Assembly: GCA_040225955.1 (NCBI GenBank)
Contig: JBECUL010000066.1
Span: forward strand, 1-10,625
Direction: 5' to 3'
DNA: 10,625 nt
From: Candidatus Asgardarchaeum abyssi
GTDB lineage: Archaea > Asgardarchaeota > Asgardarchaeia > Asgardarchaeales > Asgardarchaeaceae
Under the pieces are notes generated by a model. It saw only the letters and a list, made by a program, of their open reading frames with translations, made no database searches and was not told the origin of the DNA. The position numbers and the translations under genes are program-made. Each line of letters opens with the position of its first letter. Within the stretch, counting starts at the first letter, position 1. Below, piece by piece: positions 6,131 through 10,625 of the stretch.

Positions 6131-7732
6131 TTATTTTATTTCAACTTTTTGAAGAACATATGAAATAATACGCACACCAAATGATATAAGTGCTATACTT
6201 ATCGTCAGAAGTGCCATAAGAAGTATGACATCATCTGATAGAACTATAATAAGAGGTATAGAACAGCTTATCAGAAAGCTATTGATGAAGAATACTATAA
6301 ACATATACAACTGATAAACAGAATTTTTTCGTACTTCTTCGGAATAAAAAATTCCTGACATTGGACTCGCTTTGAGTTTTGAGCCTAAAATAAACCCGAC
6401 TGGGGCTGCTATCGTGATGATAATTGAAATATCAAATAGACAAACTATTAATAATGGAACTATTTGGAATGATTGAAAAACCACAAAAGAGAAAATCGAA
6501 ATAAATATCGGTATTGGAAGTAGAACAATTAAAAACCTTATAAAAATAGCTTTGGCGAGAGCATGCTGAGGAACATTGACTGTGCGATAAATCCAGAGTG
6601 TCTTTACATCATCTGCAGCCATGAACACTATAAAAATACTGAATACCACTAAGAGCATTACTGATATTAGCGTAGTAACGAAAATAAGAAAATCTATATC
6701 TATTATTGCTATAACTTTTAATAAATCTAAGAACCTTATGAAAAAGCTAAGAGGTAATACGATAAGAAAGGCGATCTTATATGCTGTTATTATTCTTAAT
6801 CTTACCAAATCAAGAAACATTTTTTGAAAAATTGCACTAAATATACTTGTGGTCTTGGAAAAATCAAAAGGTTTCACCTTCATGGCTTCAGCACGTTTTC
6901 TATATACAGAAGCTATATCTAATAAAGTGACTACCTCCGCCGTCAATAACCTTGAGAGATAAGATATAAGAAGAATGACAATGAGTATGGCTATAATAGA
7001 GAATATAACTATATAAAGCGTATGCGGAAACATGCTTCTTGTATACGTATTGATGAAAAGATAAACGAGAGGAGCCATAGGAAGCTGAAAAAGAATGTAA
7101 GGATGCCCCTCTACTAAGGATATTGCGATTGAAATCCATATAAAGACTGCACTAGCAAATTGCAAAATTCTCTTCTTATTTTTACGTTCAAGTATAAATA
7201 GAAAAATTGTTGCAATTCTACTAATTGAAGCTATATAAAAGAATAACAGTATTGCGGCTATATATGCTATCGGTAGACGCCATAATGGTAGGTTTAAAAG
7301 AATTATTGGTATTGCTAGATAAAGAATTAAAAGCCAAATAACTTTAAATTGCGAGAAAATAGACTCAAAAAGTATTTTGCCATATATGTAATCCCTCATC
7401 TCTATAGGTTGAGAAAGTATAAAATTGTACTCTGCAGGAGAAATTACTCTTATACGGCTCCTTCCACTAAGAAGAATTGCCCAGAAAACACCGAGTGATA
7501 ATATAAATGACGCCCATTCAGCAATAAAATACTTTGTTATATCATATTTAGAAAGAAAAGTTATAAAACTTGAACTTATGTCCCCCTGAGAGATTCCAAA
7601 TATCAGAAATAAGAAAAGTGGTATTTGTGAGAATAAAAAAATTAGATCCATAAGTAATGCTTTTTGGCTCCGCCTGTAAGCCCCTATAAAATCTTTAAAT
7701 AGAAGGAGGGCCACTATTATGCTTTTTTTCAT
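6131..7732 (-). CDS. ABC exporter permease (large, duplicated ABC-2/EcsB-like type)
   Basis: About 12-14 TM segments in two halves, with motifs EYNFILSQPIEMRDYIYGKIL and LWIYRTVNV...LAKAIF. Directly follows the ATPase (TAA-C-ATG, with GGGTGA SD), so the start is placed at 7732 rather than 7744. Confidence 0.85.
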   Translation of the reverse strand: MKKSIIVALLLFKDFIGAYRRSQKALLMDLIFLFSQIPLFLFLIFGISQGDISSSFITFLSKYDITKYFIAEWASFILSLGVFWAILLSGRSRIRVISPAEYNFILSQPIEMRDYIYGKILFESIFSQFKVIWLLILYLAIPIILLNLPLWRLPIAYIAAILLFFYIASISRIATIFLFILERKNKKRILQFASAVFIWISIAISLVEGHPYILFQLPMAPLVYLFINTYTRSMFPHTLYIVIFSIIAILIVILLISYLSRLLTAEVVTLLDIASVYRKRAEAMKVKPFDFSKTTSIFSAIFQKMFLDLVRLRIITAYKIAFLIVLPLSFFIRFLDLLKVIAIIDIDFLIFVTTLISVMLLVVFSIFIVFMAADDVKTLWIYRTVNVPQHALAKAIFIRFLIVLLPIPIFISIFSFVVFQSFQIVPLLIVCLFDISIIITIAAPVGFILGSKLKASPMSGIFYSEEVRKNSVYQLYMFIVFFINSFLISCSIPLIIVLSDDVILLMALLTISIALISFGVRIISYVLQKVEIK

Positions 7733-7733
7733 G

Positions 7734-8471
7734 TTATTCTTCACCCTTGATGATCTTCATAAAGACCTCTTCAAGTGTTGCATCCTCACCACGAAATGCT
7801 ACTCTCTTTAATTTGTCTATCTCCCCTTCAATAAGCAATGTACCTTTATTAATAATGCCAACTCTTGTGCAAAAACGTTCAACCATATCTAACATGTGAC
7901 TAGAAATTAGTGCTGTAGAACCCTTTTCGACTAAGTTCTTTACTTCTTTTTTAAAGACATATTGAGCTTCAGGGTCTATATTTACCATTGGCTCATCCAT
8001 TATTAAAATGCGGGGATTGTGGATGAGTGCAGATGCTATTGCAACCTTTTGAATCATACCTCTAGAAAGAGCTCTAATTATCGTACTTTCCTTCTCATCT
8101 AACTCAAAGATAGATAAATAATATTCAACTCTGTCCCTTAGCTCATCTTTTTGCATTCCTCGTAATCTTCCTATAAACTCAATAAACTCTCTTACAGTTA
8201 AATTTTGGAAAAGATAAGGATCCTCTGGAACATACCCCACATATTTCAATGCATCAACTCTGGATTTTGATACATCAAATCCCATTATTCGAACAGTGCC
8301 AGTATCTGGCGTTAAAAGACCGACTATTATCTTCAGGGTTGTTGTTTTCCCCGCACCGTTTGGTCCTAATAATCCATATATCTCTTTTTCGTTAATAGAT
8401 AAACTAAGATTCTTTAGAGCTACAGTTTTCCCGTAGGTCTTAGAAACATTAAATAGCTCTATGACTCCCAT
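7734..8471 (-). CDS. ABC transporter ATP-binding protein (multidrug/ABC-2 type)
   Basis: Walker A GPNGAGKTT, signature LSRGM, Walker B ILIMDEP, H-loop SSH, C-terminal TLEEVF. GGGGT SD upstream. Confidence 0.96.
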   Translation of the reverse strand: MGVIELFNVSKTYGKTVALKNLSLSINEKEIYGLLGPNGAGKTTTLKIIVGLLTPDTGTVRIMGFDVSKSRVDALKYVGYVPEDPYLFQNLTVREFIEFIGRLRGMQKDELRDRVEYYLSIFELDEKESTIIRALSRGMIQKVAIASALIHNPRILIMDEPMVNIDPEAQYVFKKEVKNLVEKGSTALISSHMLDMVERFCTRVGIINKGTLLIEGEIDKLKRVAFRGEDATLEEVFMKIIKGEE

Positions 8472-8590
8472 GTCAATCTACCCCTTATGTATGCAACTAA
8501 ATCAAAATAAAAAAGAAATCATAGAAATAAAATGTTTTTTGAAGACATTTTTCAACAATTTTTGTTTGAAAATTTTATCAGACTTGAAAA

Positions 8591-8624
8591 CGATACTTTT
8601 ATTCGATGTTCGATTCTATAGAAT
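8591..8624 (+). promoter_or_regulatory. Possible BRE/TATA (CGATAC-TTTTATT) with perfect 12-bp palindrome ATTCTATAGAAT near the expected transcription start
   Basis: Palindrome at 8613-8624, upstream of the GAGGG SD and ATG 8669. Confidence 0.4.
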
Positions 8625-8668
8625 AATATATACTTTGATTTTTATTCTTATGATAGAGGGACTATAAC

Positions 8669-10027
8669 ATGAGAAAGTGCTTAAAGCGTATGATATCTCG
8701 TCTCTTAGTAATTATCACATTAGGTTCTCTTGTTTTCTCTGGTATATTCCTAGAACCAAATGTATTGGCAATCAACAAGGGTGCTGAATATGAAAGTGGT
8801 ATCATAGAAGGGGATCCTTTGGATATTTGGTACACATGGATCAATACTCGTTGGATACAACTACTATATGCATCCTATGTTTCCGATATTTATCCCCCTC
8901 CATTCTTATCGATAATGGCTCAGCATTTTCTTGGTGATAACAATACTGAAATTTTCTTTGCAATGAACTTTATAGGAATCGAATTTTTCGACGACGAGAA
9001 TAATAACTCATATTTTGATATGGACCCTACTAGCGGGGCTTCAGAGTTAAGGTATTTCATATTTCCTAATGCATCGTTCAGTGTGGTCCCTATAAATGTA
9101 ACGAAATCAATATTGGAATATAACAATAAAACAATTGCAGTTTATCGATGGGGCTTCTCATTTAACTCTGTTCAAGGTTGTTTAATGGATAATAATGGAC
9201 AGTTGGTCTATTCTGAGAATGATGAAATAATAGATGTTATTGTTGAGTATCTAATATTTGAATACGAATTACGGGTGCATCAAGATACTTACTTATGTGA
9301 GATTAAACAAAGTATAGAAATTGGAAATATCACGTTTTATGAGTACATTCCTGGAGTTGGGCGTTATCCATTAAGTAATTCTAGTAGTTTTTATAACTTG
9401 GGTCTATCTCTAATATTTGCAATAACTCTTGCATCCAACATGAATTTAACCTTTATGAGTACAACGGAAAATAGGACCTTAAGAGATCCAAATCTAACTC
9501 CTACACCTGTACAAAATATAACCCTTAACAATGGGACACATACTTTTCTAGAAATGGGCTTCAACGAAAATTACACCATTTTTCCAGAAAATCAATCTTA
9601 TAGAGCTAACGTTGTTGCATATTCAAAAGATACCCTTCCTAGTGCAACAGTACTTCAATTTTATACTAAAAATGATGTTTATGATTTTATAGGCTCTGTA
9701 TTCAAAGACTCTGTTGTCTTTCCTTCAGAGGTAACGCCTGATCTTTCATATAATAGGTCAACATTCATTTACAGAATAATGTATCCAATGTGGCAAGGTA
9801 GGAAAATCTCACACGACCCTAAGATTCTAGTATATCCTAGTGCAAAGCTATTATCTGAGTACGTTTCAATTCCTCCAGGTGTTGCACCTATGTCATACTT
9901 ATTTTACCATAGTATAATATTTCTTACAATATTTGTTGGAGTGATCTTTTTCTTAATAGCCGTTATCAGAGCTAAAAATATTAAGCGTAATGAACTTTCC
10001 CCTTTAACGGAAAATATCTCAAACTAA
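8669..10027 (+). CDS. Type-I membrane cell-surface glycoprotein of unknown function
   Basis: Basic-hydrophobic signal peptide, beta-rich ectodomain with 15 N-x-S/T sequons, an acidic Ca-binding-like loop EFFDDENNNSYFD, an HDP motif before the C-terminal TM helix, and a short basic tail. Confidence 0.85.
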   Translation: MRKCLKRMISRLLVIITLGSLVFSGIFLEPNVLAINKGAEYESGIIEGDPLDIWYTWINTRWIQLLYASYVSDIYPPPFLSIMAQHFLGDNNTEIFFAMNFIGIEFFDDENNNSYFDMDPTSGASELRYFIFPNASFSVVPINVTKSILEYNNKTIAVYRWGFSFNSVQGCLMDNNGQLVYSENDEIIDVIVEYLIFEYELRVHQDTYLCEIKQSIEIGNITFYEYIPGVGRYPLSNSSSFYNLGLSLIFAITLASNMNLTFMSTTENRTLRDPNLTPTPVQNITLNNGTHTFLEMGFNENYTIFPENQSYRANVVAYSKDTLPSATVLQFYTKNDVYDFIGSVFKDSVVFPSEVTPDLSYNRSTFIYRIMYPMWQGRKISHDPKILVYPSAKLLSEYVSIPPGVAPMSYLFYHSIIFLTIFVGVIFFLIAVIRAKNIKRNELSPLTENISN

Positions 10028-10040
10028 ATATTCCTGAAAG

Positions 10041-10511
10041 GTGATGCTCTTGCGATCCGTAGTTTATGAAGATCTATCTGAGAACGCATTTAAAACATAT
10101 GTCTATCTTATTACTCGGAAAGATCATTGTGCTGGACCAAGAGAAGTTCAGAGAGCTCTTGGATTTTCTAGCCCCAGCTCGGCTTTATTTCATTTAAATA
10201 AATTAGTTGAAAGAGGGCTTGTGAGAGAAGAACGTGGTATTTATTACATCAATGACATAAAGAAAATTGGGCCACTAAGGAATTTCTTCATAATAAGAAA
10301 TAAGCTCATACCTAAAGACCTAATATACTTTTTAATTATTTTTGAGTTTACGATTTTTGATACTTTTGTTTTACTGAATCCTGATGAAATTATTGAGTTT
10401 TTGGCTCTATTTCCTCTTTTTGCTGCTATGGTACTATTTCTGATAAATGGATTTCACGAATTACTTCTGAGGCGAAAGATAACAAAATTTTTTGTTATGA
10501 AGAAAAAATGA
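10041..10511 (+). CDS. Winged-helix DNA-binding protein with two C-terminal TM helices (membrane-tethered regulator)
   Basis: TYVYLI...GPREVQRALGFSSPSSALFHLNKLVERGLVREERGIYYI wHTH followed by two hydrophobic segments. Begins 13 bp after the surface protein gene. The exact start (GTG/ATG/TTG, 10041-10050) is uncertain. Confidence 0.85.
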   Translation: MMLLRSVVYEDLSENAFKTYVYLITRKDHCAGPREVQRALGFSSPSSALFHLNKLVERGLVREERGIYYINDIKKIGPLRNFFIIRNKLIPKDLIYFLIIFEFTIFDTFVLLNPDEIIEFLALFPLFAAMVLFLINGFHELLLRRKITKFFVMKKK

Positions 10512-10591
10512 TTCATTTGTAACTATTTTATGATTGTAGAAATTATAACAGTACTTCCGCATTAATTAGGTGAAAAATCCGTATTGGTTGC

Positions 10592-10608
10592 GAAAAAATT
10601 ATTTTTTC
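10592..10608. terminator. A6/T6 inverted repeat, possible bidirectional oligo-T terminator
   Basis: GAAAAAAT-T-ATTTTTTC gives a T6 tract on each strand downstream of the wHTH gene. Confidence 0.3.
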
Positions 10609-10625
10609 CGCCGCACTCCTTTTTG
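10599..10625 (-). CDS. Possible last codons of a convergent gene running off the right edge
   Basis: Minus strand reads QKGVRRKK* with locally raised GC; too short to identify. Confidence 0.3.
   Translation of the reverse strand, partial: QKGVRRKK

Noticed and set aside
6621-7139. 68-aa and 79-aa ORFs within the permease
   Set aside because: Nested antisense or alternative-frame ORFs with no coding evidence.
8461-9126. 68-aa, 60-aa and 68-aa short ORFs
   Set aside because: The first spans the AT-rich divergent promoter region; the others are antisense to the 452-aa gene.

Overview
AT-rich archaeal window, probably from a thermophile (TACK/Asgard-like or Thermococci-related; the lineage cannot be fixed from sequence alone). 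Archaeal signs are BRE/TATA promoters, GGGG/GGTGA/GAGG Shine-Dalgarno motifs and many N-glycosylation sequons. Left to right: probable 3' end of an IS110-family transposase (partial, about 45% GC); a ThermoDBP-RP1/DUF2258 ssDNA-binding protein; a coiled-coil ArsR-type regulator coupled to an 8-TM protein with a beta-rich cytoplasmic tail; a PadR regulator; a 350-bp intergenic region; a 610-aa membrane-anchored surface glycoprotein; an ABC exporter (ATPase plus large permease); a heavily glycosylated type-I surface protein; and a membrane-tethered wHTH regulator. The best candidate novelty is a GC-rich ~53-nt hairpin in the intergenic region, with its own promoter-like and oligo-T signals, suggesting an unannotated small RNA. 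Others are a possible eukaryote-like supersandwich fold in the 452-aa protein, a TCATAGAAA motif shared between the IS end and two other intergenic sites, and a cluster of three regulators with matching palindromes. All family assignments are from motif recognition, not database searches.
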